Positions 1-7,664 of a stretch of DNA of 20,000 nt are shown in pieces. The DNA comes from an uncultured virus (IMG/VR IMGVR_UViG_3300031998_000049) (lineage: Duplodnaviria > Heunggongvirae > Uroviricota > Caudoviricetes), in IMG/VR virus record IMGVR_UViG_3300031998_000049, one strand, 5' to 3'. The notes beneath the pieces are model-generated. The model worked only from the letters and a program-made list of their open reading frames with translations, was not told the DNA's origin and ran no database searches. Numbering within the stretch: the first letter of the stretch is position 1; the number at the start of each line of letters is the position of its first letter. The translations under genes and the position numbers were made by a program.

Positions 1-694
1 GTCTGAAATCCGTCTCGCCGCCGAGGGTTGGCGGAAGCACTTCAAGAGCAAGTGCCGCATCGTGGTTGTCGGTGACGATCCCGGCATCCAGAACATCGAC
101 ACCGTACTCAAGGTTGACCGCTTGCCGGAGGTTGACGGCCAGTACCGCCCTCACCTCGACATCGCAAACAAGATGCGGGAGGTGATCAACGCTTTCTCCG
201 GCGCCTATGACGGCTGCATCTGGGCGTCCGATGACTGCTATGCGGTCAACGACTTCACCATCGCCGATGTGAAGCAGCCGAAGTTCCAGGATGCCGAGAT
301 GCCGTGGAAGGGAGAGCTTCATCCGAACCCCTGGAGGCGCAACCTCGTCAAGACACGCCACCTCTGCGACCGCGAAGGTCTCGGCATCGTCAACTGGGTC
401 ACTCACCTCCCCCTCTACTACAAGTTCGATAAACTCGCGTCCATCATCCAGGACTACGACCTGATTCACGAGAGTTATGTCATCGAGAACATCTACTTCA
501 ACAAGTTCCGTCCGAGGCTCGTTCCGCACCAGATGCGCAACGATGACGGTTACAAGTTCGGGGTGTACTACGAGCCGCTTGACAAGAGGGGCTTCGCCGA
601 TGCTCTCAACAGAAAAATCTGGGTCTGCAACTCCGCCCACGGATGGAGCGAGGGCCTTGAGTCCGCGCTTCGCCAGCACTATGGGCTGGAATAG
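1..694 (+). CDS. Stealth-like sugar-phosphotransferase/glycosyltransferase-like protein, 5'-truncated by the window edge
   Basis: Frame is open from nt 2 (SEIRLAAEGWRKHFKSKCRIVVVGDDP...). Motifs IVVVGDxP, IWASDD and THLP resemble Stealth CR2/CR3 motifs. TAG stop at 692-694. Confidence 0.55.
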   Translation, partial: SEIRLAAEGWRKHFKSKCRIVVVGDDPGIQNIDTVLKVDRLPEVDGQYRPHLDIANKMREVINAFSGAYDGCIWASDDCYAVNDFTIADVKQPKFQDAEMPWKGELHPNPWRRNLVKTRHLCDREGLGIVNWVTHLPLYYKFDKLASIIQDYDLIHESYVIENIYFNKFRPRLVPHQMRNDDGYKFGVYYEPLDKRGFADALNRKIWVCNSAHGWSEGLESALRQHYGLE

Positions 695-712
695 TTTTTC
701 CAAGTGAAACTA

Positions 713-747
713 TTTGTTTCTCGGAATGAAATGGTTTTGCATCTTTG
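713..747 (+). promoter_or_regulatory. Putative Bacteroidota sigma70-type promoter
   Basis: CATCTTTG at 740-747 resembles the TAnnTTTG -7 box. TTTG at 713-716 could be the -33 box, but the 23-nt spacer is longer than the usual 19-21. Confidence 0.4.
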
Positions 748-761
748 TTATGTTCCTTTAA

Positions 762-888
762 GTAGCGCGAAGGACGGACATAGTGCAATCCCGCCAATTT
801 GTGTCATACATCATATTTGGCTTGCGCCTCTTCGTCTTACGCGCTACCTCTTGAAAAAGAGAAGATGAAGAGGCGCAAGTGTTTTATT
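762..888 (+). promoter_or_regulatory. Structured leader with terminator-like hairpin and competing pairing upstream of the replication genes
   Basis: 18-bp stem 821-838/862-879 (one G-U) followed by GTTTTATT. Segment 762-776 is complementary to 833-847. Confidence 0.6.
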
Positions 889-898
889 ACCAAGACTA

Positions 899-1657
899 AT
901 GGCCGGATATATCACCATACCGAGAGACCTGTTTACGGACAAGACTTTCAAGCCAGGTAAAGCGAACGAAACATTTGCTTTCATCGACTTGATTCAGCTC
1001 GCCGAATACAAGGATCGAGATGTCAATATCAAGGGACAAATCATCCATCTGAATCGCGGTGAACTCGCCACTTCCGTCAGGATTCTTTCAGAGCGCTGGT
1101 GCTGGAGCGTAAACGCAACCACACACGCACTTGATACCCTCGAAAGGTGTGGCAAAGTGATACGCAGAAAAAGCAATGTAACTTCCATAATATCAATCGT
1201 TAACTACGACAAGTACCAGCCGAACTCAAACGCAGAAAGTAACGCAGAAAGTAACGCAAAAGGTAACGCAGACGAAGACATTACTAAAGAAATAAATAAA
1301 ATAAATAATACAAGAAAGAAAGATACTAAAGTATCTAAAGAAAAATCCGATGCCGTCCTACGGCTTTATGCCATGTACCCCGCTTCTGTCGTCCGCGCCG
1401 ACGGCAACCGGGTTTCCCTGAAATCAGGTAAGGACAAGGATAAACTCTCAAGACTTCTTGACTCTCATACTGAGGAAGAGTTGACGAACACGATCAATCA
1501 GTATCTCTCCGAGAACCACGGAGCATATACCAAGATGTTCTCCACTTTCCTCAACAATCTGCCGGACTACTCAGAAACACCTACCATTGTGACACCAGCC
1601 CAGCAGGAACTATCGCTATTTGACCAGAAAAGAATCCGAAGACCCCAGGATGTATGA
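899..1657 (+). CDS. Phage replication initiator (replisome organizer / lambda O-like)
   Basis: N-terminal wHTH-like region (GYITIPR...LNRGELATSVRILSERW...SIISIVNYDKYQ), low-complexity linker with internal repeats, and an ATGA overlap with the primase-helicase gene. Confidence 0.75.
   Translation: MAGYITIPRDLFTDKTFKPGKANETFAFIDLIQLAEYKDRDVNIKGQIIHLNRGELATSVRILSERWCWSVNATTHALDTLERCGKVIRRKSNVTSIISIVNYDKYQPNSNAESNAESNAKGNADEDITKEINKINNTRKKDTKVSKEKSDAVLRLYAMYPASVVRADGNRVSLKSGKDKDKLSRLLDSHTEEELTNTINQYLSENHGAYTKMFSTFLNNLPDYSETPTIVTPAQQELSLFDQKRIRRPQDV
1229..1347. repeat. Iteron-like 12-bp tandem repeats plus AT-rich tract (probable replication origin)
   Basis: AACGCAGAAAGT x2, AACGCAAAAGGT and AACGCAGA at 1229-1272. 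A-rich tract at 1280-1347 contains the inverted repeat AGATACT-aa-AGTATCT (1321-1336). Confidence 0.7.
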
Positions 1658-3705
1658 TTGACGAAAAAACGATCCGATGTTGGTGGTCGCTGTTCAAGGC
1701 TGACAACCCGCTGACGGAAATACGAATCTTGGGGAATGGGAAGACATTCTCCGGATACTACACCGATGTTGAGGCGGTCCTTCGTGACATCCGCAGTTTC
1801 GACGGCTATGGAATCTATGCGACCATCAACGCGATCAAGGAATCCTGCTATGGACGGATGCAGCACGATTGCATCATCCAGAAGCCGAAAGAGACCACTT
1901 CGGACAACGACATCGACTACCGCACCACGCTCCTGATCGACATCGACCCCAAGCGCACGAGCGGCACGAATGCGAGCGACAGCGAGAAGGAGGCGGCGCA
2001 CAAGAAAGCGCTGGAGATTTACAAGTTCCTTGACGAGCAGGGATTCGAGAAGCCGGTGGTTGCCGACTCCGCAAACGGATACCATCTGCTCTACAAGGTC
2101 TTCCTCGCCAACTCGCCGGAGGTGAACGAGACGGTCAAGAAGTTCCTCCAGGCGCTCGATATGCTCTTCTCGGACAACGAGGACGGCGGCGCGATGGTGG
2201 ATACATCGGTCTTCAATGCCGCCCGAATCGCCAAACTGATCGGTACGACCTCAAGCAAGGGCGCCAACACACATGACAGGCCACAGCGGATTTCCAAGAT
2301 ACTCAAGATTCCAAGCGAGTACAAGGAAACGAACATCGCCTACATCCAGAAGGTCGCCGCGATGCTCCCGGAACCGGAGAGGCCCAGCCAGTACAACAAC
2401 TACAACACCGAGCGCTTCGACCTCGACGCTTTCATCCAGGAACACAACATCGAGGTGGTCAAGGTCGTCCGGTTCTCCGGAGGAACGAAATACATCCTCA
2501 AGGAGTGTCCGTTCAACAACAACCACAAGGCGCCGGATGCGGCCATCTTCGCGCTTGACAATGGGGCGTTCGCGTTCAAGTGCCTCCACGCTTCCTGCCA
2601 ACAATACCATTGGCGCGATTTTAGGCTGTTTTATGACCCTCAAGCATACGACCGGAGGGAATACGAGGCATTCGACCGGAAGCGCAAATATAACGCCCAA
2701 ATTCGCCAAGAAGACCTAAAGCCGGTGCCGGAGGACGATCGCGGTCACAAGTGGAAGACCGCATCGGAGTTCAAGTTCTTCGACCTCAAGGATGCCCAGG
2801 CTATCCCGTTCGGAATCCCGGCCATAGACCGGAAGACGATGGGGCAGATTCTCGGAGAGGTGACAGTCCTCTCCGGCGGATCGGGTAGCGGAAAGACGAC
2901 ATTTGTCAACCACCTCATCCTTACCGCAGTCCAAAGGAACTACCATGCGGCGCTCTGGTCGGGAGAAATGGCCGGAGGACGAATAGTTGCTTGGCTCGAC
3001 CAGATGGCCGCAGGGAAGAACAATGTAGAGAGCGTCCCAGGGACGGATGGTCTTTACTCGGTTCCGAAGAGAATCCGCGACAAGATCAACGATTGGCTCG
3101 GTGATAGGTTCCACATCTACGAGAACTCCTACGGAAACCGATGGAGCCAGCTCTGCGCAGACATTGAAGACTGCATCAAGCAGCACAATGTGAACCTCAT
3201 CGTCCTTGACAACAAGATGAGCCTTTCGCTCGACAACATCGTAGGCGACGCGAACGAGAAAGACCGAGAGTTCATCCTTGAACTGACGGACATCGCAAAG
3301 CGGACGAACACACATATCGTCCTCGTCGCGCATCCGAGAAAGGAAAACCTCACGCAGCTCATCCGCAAGGAGAGTATCGCCGGGTCGAGCGACATCACGA
3401 ACCTCGCGTTCAATGTCGTCCTCCTCCATCGCGTTGGCCGTGACTTCGAGAAGCGTGGCCGCGAGTTCTTCGGCCCTATCGCCGTCCAGGAACTCATGGA
3501 CTACTCGCTCGTGGTTGAGGTCGTCAAGGCGAGGACATCAGGCGTCCAGGACTTGCTCGTCGGTCTCTACTACGAGCAAGAAACCAGGCGGCTCAAGAAC
3601 GAGCAAGCCGAGAACATCGTCTACGGTTGGGACGAGCAACCCGTACAGGCAGAGTTTGAGGATATGCCGGATTTCACGAATGTTCCGTACTACGAAAATT
3701 TCTGA
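1654..3705 (+). CDS. Bifunctional AEP-like primase / zinc-binding domain / SF4 (DnaB/T7 gp4-like) helicase
   Basis: Primase motifs IDID and DSANGYH. Zinc-binding CPF..H...FKCLHASC. Walker A GGSGSGKTT, Walker B LIVLDN, and SF4 motifs VAHPRK and IAGSSDI. Confidence 0.85.
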   Translation: MIDEKTIRCWWSLFKADNPLTEIRILGNGKTFSGYYTDVEAVLRDIRSFDGYGIYATINAIKESCYGRMQHDCIIQKPKETTSDNDIDYRTTLLIDIDPKRTSGTNASDSEKEAAHKKALEIYKFLDEQGFEKPVVADSANGYHLLYKVFLANSPEVNETVKKFLQALDMLFSDNEDGGAMVDTSVFNAARIAKLIGTTSSKGANTHDRPQRISKILKIPSEYKETNIAYIQKVAAMLPEPERPSQYNNYNTERFDLDAFIQEHNIEVVKVVRFSGGTKYILKECPFNNNHKAPDAAIFALDNGAFAFKCLHASCQQYHWRDFRLFYDPQAYDRREYEAFDRKRKYNAQIRQEDLKPVPEDDRGHKWKTASEFKFFDLKDAQAIPFGIPAIDRKTMGQILGEVTVLSGGSGSGKTTFVNHLILTAVQRNYHAALWSGEMAGGRIVAWLDQMAAGKNNVESVPGTDGLYSVPKRIRDKINDWLGDRFHIYENSYGNRWSQLCADIEDCIKQHNVNLIVLDNKMSLSLDNIVGDANEKDREFILELTDIAKRTNTHIVLVAHPRKENLTQLIRKESIAGSSDITNLAFNVVLLHRVGRDFEKRGREFFGPIAVQELMDYSLVVEVVKARTSGVQDLLVGLYYEQETRRLKNEQAENIVYGWDEQPVQAEFEDMPDFTNVPYYENF

Positions 3706-4406
3706 TGCCTATGGACTGCAAGGTTTATGCTTACTACCGGACGGATCACAGCGTGGTGCTTGAGCCGGGTGAGCGGATCGTCCAAGACAAGTGGCCTGGG
3801 CGACTCGCCGAGATCATTTCCAACGGCGACGATGTATGGCAACTCCATCTCGACAACCCCGCTGATTTCAACACCATCCGTCGATGTTTCTATGACAAGA
3901 GATACTGGGCTGGGAGGAGCTGGAACGAAGAATACAACGAAACACAAAGAGATAACACCATGAGAAAACTTGACACCATCACCACCTGCCGCGATTTCAT
4001 GCGCGAGCGTTCTTCACTCATAGATAGCCTCAAGTCATACGCCAAGACTCTCCGCAAGGGAAAGAACGGATATATGTACCCGACGCTCGACAAACTTGCC
4101 GATGACTTGAAGCCGTTTGATCCTGCATACTGCGAGTGGACGAACCCTTTCGAAACACAGACGAACGACCGCCTCTTCATCCTTGAGTACAACGAGGAGA
4201 AAGGCATCACGCATTTCAATTACCTGGATGGCGGAGAGTTCCACAACGCTCTTGGGTCGAACGGATACTCCCCCATCTCACTACTTCCGGATGCTTTCCA
4301 GACCAACCAGGAGTTCCTTGACCTCATCACTGGTCTTGCCAGGAAGAACACGCCGATTGCAGACTTCACCTCTGCGGTCTATATGTGGATTCTCAAAAAC
4401 TCATAA
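3705..4406 (+). CDS. Hypothetical phage protein
   Basis: 233-aa ORF with TGATG coupling to the helicase stop. No motif recognised. Confidence 0.65.
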   Translation: MPMDCKVYAYYRTDHSVVLEPGERIVQDKWPGRLAEIISNGDDVWQLHLDNPADFNTIRRCFYDKRYWAGRSWNEEYNETQRDNTMRKLDTITTCRDFMRERSSLIDSLKSYAKTLRKGKNGYMYPTLDKLADDLKPFDPAYCEWTNPFETQTNDRLFILEYNEEKGITHFNYLDGGEFHNALGSNGYSPISLLPDAFQTNQEFLDLITGLARKNTPIADFTSAVYMWILKNS

Positions 4407-4408
4407 CC

Positions 4409-4696
4409 ATGACACCGAATACACGAACGCAGCAGCGACAGGTCTATGACCTGCTTGCATCCCCCAATCCTGACGGCCTGACCAGGATGCAGATTGCGGT
4501 CTGCCTGAACATCGAGCGGGCATCCGTTTGTCGCCGGGTTGCCGAACTCCGCGATGCCGGAGTCCTCTGGGTGATCCGCAAGGGAATCTGCCCGATTACC
4601 GGCGAGCGGGCCGAGTTCCTTACCACTTGCAAGGAGGTGGCGATGAACGGCACGCTTGAGAAGAAAGTTGAATTGACAGGAACATTGTTCGGATAG
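4409..4696 (+). CDS. Winged-HTH DNA-binding protein
   Basis: GLTRMQIAVCLNIERASVCRRVAELRDAG HTH pattern. ATG lies 2 nt after the upstream stop. Confidence 0.7.
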   Translation: MTPNTRTQQRQVYDLLASPNPDGLTRMQIAVCLNIERASVCRRVAELRDAGVLWVIRKGICPITGERAEFLTTCKEVAMNGTLEKKVELTGTLFG

Positions 4697-4699
4697 GAT

Positions 4700-5068
4700 A
4701 TGGAACTGACTGACGATCAAAAAAGAACGATTGATTGGGTAGAAAACATGCCAGATGAAGCGCTTCACAATATTGTTGGTAGGCATACTGGCAAATCAAC
4801 TCGTATTGTGGATGAACTGATCCAGGACTTCTTCAACAAAAAGCCCGGCACGAAGATCAGAATCATTGATCACTATCCGACAAAAAGAGCGGATGAGCAT
4901 GTCACGAGGAGGATGTTACGAAGACTGGAGGTAGAACACAATGTGACCGCCCGCGTGTTTAGGGACAAAGACGGTTATCTATACACGGTCAGGGAGTTCT
5001 TAATGCTTCGCGATATTGTTGATGCCGAGATCGAGCGAAGGAAACAACTTATAGTACAAGCCAAATGA
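4700..5068 (+). CDS. Hypothetical protein with Walker A-like motif
   Basis: 122 aa with GRHTGKST. Packed in the operon. Confidence 0.6.
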   Translation: MELTDDQKRTIDWVENMPDEALHNIVGRHTGKSTRIVDELIQDFFNKKPGTKIRIIDHYPTKRADEHVTRRMLRRLEVEHNVTARVFRDKDGYLYTVREFLMLRDIVDAEIERRKQLIVQAK

Positions 5069-5382
5069 TACCGAATTTAATACTACCCGAGCTCCCGTCT
5101 CCGCCGCAAGGGAGGTGGGAGTGTCGGCCCAAAGGGGAAGACCAAGCGTGGTCTGTCTGCGCCCCCGATGACCTCTATCGTAGAGACAAAGAGTATAGGC
5201 ATATTCCTCCGGCAACATCGGAGGTTCGAGCATGGGTACACAAGATGGTTGACTACATCGCTGACGCCTGCGAAGCTGGCACCAAGTGCATATTTGACGA
5301 GAGCCACGCTTTCCTCGTGTTCCAACGCGACGGCGAGCTGGTGGTCGGGTTTGCGTTACCGGAAAAGAAAAAGAAAGAATAG
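5065..5382 (+). CDS. Hypothetical phage protein
   Basis: 105 aa, ATGA overlap with the upstream gene. Confidence 0.55.
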   Translation: MIPNLILPELPSPPQGRWECRPKGEDQAWSVCAPDDLYRRDKEYRHIPPATSEVRAWVHKMVDYIADACEAGTKCIFDESHAFLVFQRDGELVVGFALPEKKKKE

Positions 5383-5384
5383 CC

Positions 5385-5708
5385 ATGCGCGAGATCAAGT
5401 TTAAGGGCAAGGCCAAATCGAATGGCCAATGGGTTTACGGCAACCTCTCGTACCGGGAGGCTGACAACGGATATTCCTGCGTTTACATCGAAGACCAGGG
5501 TTGGGACGGCGGTTTGACCGAGGTCGATCCCGAGAGCGTCGGCCAGTACACGGGGCTCAAGGACAAGAACGGGGTGGAGATTTACGAGGGGGACATCTTG
5601 ACCAATGTGGATGGTTATTCTTTCCGCGTCCCGTTTAATTGGGCGCTCAATTTCGCCGCTGGCACAGATAGCCGTATCACCGGCAACATTCACGACAAAA
5701 AAGAGTAG
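5385..5708 (+). CDS. YopX family phage protein
   Basis: MREIKFKGK...WVYG...VDPESVGQYTGLKDKNGVEIYEGDIL...GNIHD is the YopX signature. Confidence 0.9.
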   Translation: MREIKFKGKAKSNGQWVYGNLSYREADNGYSCVYIEDQGWDGGLTEVDPESVGQYTGLKDKNGVEIYEGDILTNVDGYSFRVPFNWALNFAAGTDSRITGNIHDKKE

Positions 5709-5712
5709 CGAT

Positions 5713-5901
5713 ATGAAAGCATACAGAGTAAAGGTGGTGGCCACGAAGACGATGGTTGTCACGGAGGAGATGTTGAGGGAGGAAGGATGTGAAGTAGAGA
5801 TCGACGAGTTCTGGGCTGGCCGCCACGCCGTTGGCGCACTCATCGAAGAACTTCGCAACAACCCGAATCGCGGTTCGGTAAAAGTGGAACTGATAAAGTA
5901 G
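5713..5901 (+). CDS. Hypothetical protein (62 aa)
   Basis: ATG 4 nt after the YopX stop. Fills the gap in the operon. Confidence 0.6.
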   Translation: MKAYRVKVVATKTMVVTEEMLREEGCEVEIDEFWAGRHAVGALIEELRNNPNRGSVKVELIK

Positions 5902-5907
5902 AAATCT

Positions 5908-6666
5908 ATGGACAGAAAAGAAGCAATAGAAGTGATCCGGTCGAATTGGCCGGAGGGCAGGGTGATGTTGAAGGGGGCCCTGCAAGTTCTCATCCCCGAG
6001 TTCCGGGAGAGCGAGGACGAGAAGAATTGGAAGGCCGTTTTGGAGTGTGTCAAGGATGACGCGCTCCGGGCCTGGCTCGAAAAGCAGAAAGAGCGGAAAC
6101 CGTTTGCTCATGAAAACGATTTCGTGAGCAAGCCTAAAGGTTATATTGAAAATGCGGCACATAATTACGCAATGAATTTCGGCGATAAAGAAAGTGAACT
6201 ATATATCGAGATTTTTGATGCGTATAAGGCTGGCGCTTATTATGCCGAATTGCGACAGAAGCCTGCGGAATGGAGCGAGGATATTATCCAAAAAGCCGTT
6301 AAAGAGGTTGGGCTAACTCAGCATCAAATAGCTTGGTTCAAAACCAATGTATTTCCGTCAAAGCAAGAGTGGAGCGAGGAGGACGAGAAAAAGATTGTTT
6401 TTTTAGAGCGACTGATAAGGTATAATTTTCCTGAAGGACAATACGGATGGGTAGATGGGAACAAGGGTGGATTCGTAACTAAACTGGAAGCAATATCCAT
6501 GCTCAAATCCCTCCGCCCTCAGCCGCAATGGAAGCCTACCGAGAGAATGGTCAATGCGCTGAAATGGGTCGTTAGTGAGTTCCACCCCGATTGCCCGGAA
6601 ACAATGGAGCAGTTGGAATATTTATACACCGAGTTGAAGTCCATGTATTATGGGCCGATCAAATAA
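5908..6666 (+). CDS. Modular phage protein with EWSEED-type repeats
   Basis: ESEDEK, QKPAEWSED, KQEWSEEDEK and LKSLRPQPQWKPT modules, typical of Bacteroidales phage accessory proteins. Confidence 0.7.
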   Translation: MDRKEAIEVIRSNWPEGRVMLKGALQVLIPEFRESEDEKNWKAVLECVKDDALRAWLEKQKERKPFAHENDFVSKPKGYIENAAHNYAMNFGDKESELYIEIFDAYKAGAYYAELRQKPAEWSEDIIQKAVKEVGLTQHQIAWFKTNVFPSKQEWSEEDEKKIVFLERLIRYNFPEGQYGWVDGNKGGFVTKLEAISMLKSLRPQPQWKPTERMVNALKWVVSEFHPDCPETMEQLEYLYTELKSMYYGPIK

Positions 6667-6672
6667 TAGCCT

Positions 6673-7002
6673 ATGACACCCGAAGAAATCAACAAGAAAG
6701 CATACGAGAAGTACCCTATCCTTACGCGAGGACACGGGATAGACTTGAATTATGGGAAGCGCGAAATGTATATCGAGTTTCTCCAGGAAATCTCTGCCCT
6801 CCCTACCATCAAAGGCTGGGTGGCGAGAGATGGAGATGGAACCTTGTATCTGTATATCCGCCCTCCATATCGTGATAAAAACTACGATTGGTGGCATCCA
6901 ATAGCGGGACGAGATAAGCTCGCTATTGATATATCCCTTTTCCCGGAGCTCCGATATGAGGACGAGCCCATCGAGGTAGAACTCCCGATAATCAGAAAGT
7001 AG
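6673..7002 (+). CDS. Hypothetical phage protein
   Basis: 109 aa with GWVARDGDGTLYLY and LFPELRYEDEPIEVEL motifs, as recalled from Bacteroidales phage proteins. Confidence 0.7.
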   Translation: MTPEEINKKAYEKYPILTRGHGIDLNYGKREMYIEFLQEISALPTIKGWVARDGDGTLYLYIRPPYRDKNYDWWHPIAGRDKLAIDISLFPELRYEDEPIEVELPIIRK

Positions 7003-7005
7003 CAT

Positions 7006-7112
7006 AGGGGCGCGTAAAAAGTAGAATAAGAGCAATATTGGAGCGGGCCCTGCCGTACTGCATACACCGCGATCCGTTGCGGTAACTCCGTAAAAGTATG
7101 CAACGCGCCTCT
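7006..7112 (+). ncRNA. Putative structured RNA 1
   Basis: Closing stem AGGGGCGCGT/ACGCGCCTCT, inner stem TGCATAC/GTATGCA, hairpin ACCGCGA-TCCG-TTGCGGT, followed by a T-run. Intergenic. Confidence 0.55.
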
Positions 7113-7164
7113 TTTATACGAACCTATAAAAATCGAAAGAAATCAACAAAAATTTATAGTTCCA

Positions 7165-7332
7165 ATGACTGCAAATGAACTCATACGCAAGCTCCAGGGT
7201 GAGGTTGCAAAGCTAACCTCCGGGGATATTCCTATCAAGATTGATGGCACCAGGATTCTCGGCGCAGAAGTGAAGCTCGACGAGGATGAACGCGGCCTTT
7301 TTATAGACATTCAACAGAAGATTTACTTCTAA
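7165..7332 (+). CDS. Hypothetical protein (55 aa)
   Basis: MTANELIRKLQGEVAKLTSGDIPIKIDG...IYF*, read manually (below the ORF-track cutoff). Confidence 0.6.
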   Translation: MTANELIRKLQGEVAKLTSGDIPIKIDGTRILGAEVKLDEDERGLFIDIQQKIYF

Positions 7333-7466
7333 TGAAAGCAAGATACCCCAGATGTATGCCCCGGTTCTACAAGGTGGGACTTTGGTGGCGGAACTTCAAG
7401 AGAGAATACCGGCGCAACAAGCGCAACGATGCGCTCTGCGCAAGATTGACAAGGATCGCGGTGTAA
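7332..7466 (+). CDS. Small basic protein (44 aa)
   Basis: TAATG coupling. MKARYPRCMPRFYKVGLWWRNFKREYRRNKRNDALCARLTRIAV*. The 3' end overlaps the tRNA-like element. Confidence 0.4.
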   Translation: MKARYPRCMPRFYKVGLWWRNFKREYRRNKRNDALCARLTRIAV

Positions 7467-7555
7467 GAGATGCAACGCCCCGGCCCATCGGGTTTCGTGG
7501 TTAAGGGTGGGACGCGGGGAGGTGCTGGCTCTGCGATGCAATCCAGCCGATCCTT
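7452..7555 (+). ncRNA. tRNA-shaped RNA with expanded anticodon arm and T-loop
   Basis: Acceptor stem AGGATCG/CGATCCT, D-like arm, CCCCG/CGGGG stem, AGGT variable loop, and GCTGG/CCAGC T-stem directly adjoining the acceptor strand. No 7-nt anticodon loop and no CCA. Confidence 0.65.
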
Positions 7556-7562
7556 TTGACAT

Positions 7563-7664
7563 AGGGGGCCGTAAGGAATGAGCCGCGAGGTTCACGCACT
7601 ACTACATTTCATTTCGGACAGAATAAAGCGTTAAACAAGTTTTCCCAAAGCCCTGCGGCTCCCT
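7563..7664 (+). ncRNA. Putative structured RNA 3
   Basis: Closing stem AGGGGGCCGTA/TGCGGCTCCCT and GNRA hairpin TGAGCC-GCGA-GGTTCA, followed by a T-run. Confidence 0.55.

Noticed and set aside
784..791. TGCAATCC shared between the leader and the tRNA-like T-loop (7537-7544)
   Set aside because: An 8-nt same-strand match is plausible by chance in 20 kb and is not complementary.
1567..3497. Long antisense ORFs over the primase-helicase (also 5253-6053 and 16499-17155)
   Set aside because: Shadow ORFs caused by the GC3 bias of the real genes. No motifs.
3705..4406. Possible fusion of two genes (internal ATG at 3960)
   Set aside because: No stop or frameshift evidence. Cannot be resolved without homologs.
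7496..7514. Pistol ribozyme (CGTGGTTA resemblance), or a theta/HDV ribozyme after the tRNA-like element
   Set aside because: I could not build the required P1 and pseudoknot pairings by eye.
7452..7555. Canonical or suppressor tRNA
   Set aside because: No 7-nt anticodon loop, no TTCRA T-loop and no CCA. Reported as tRNA-like instead.
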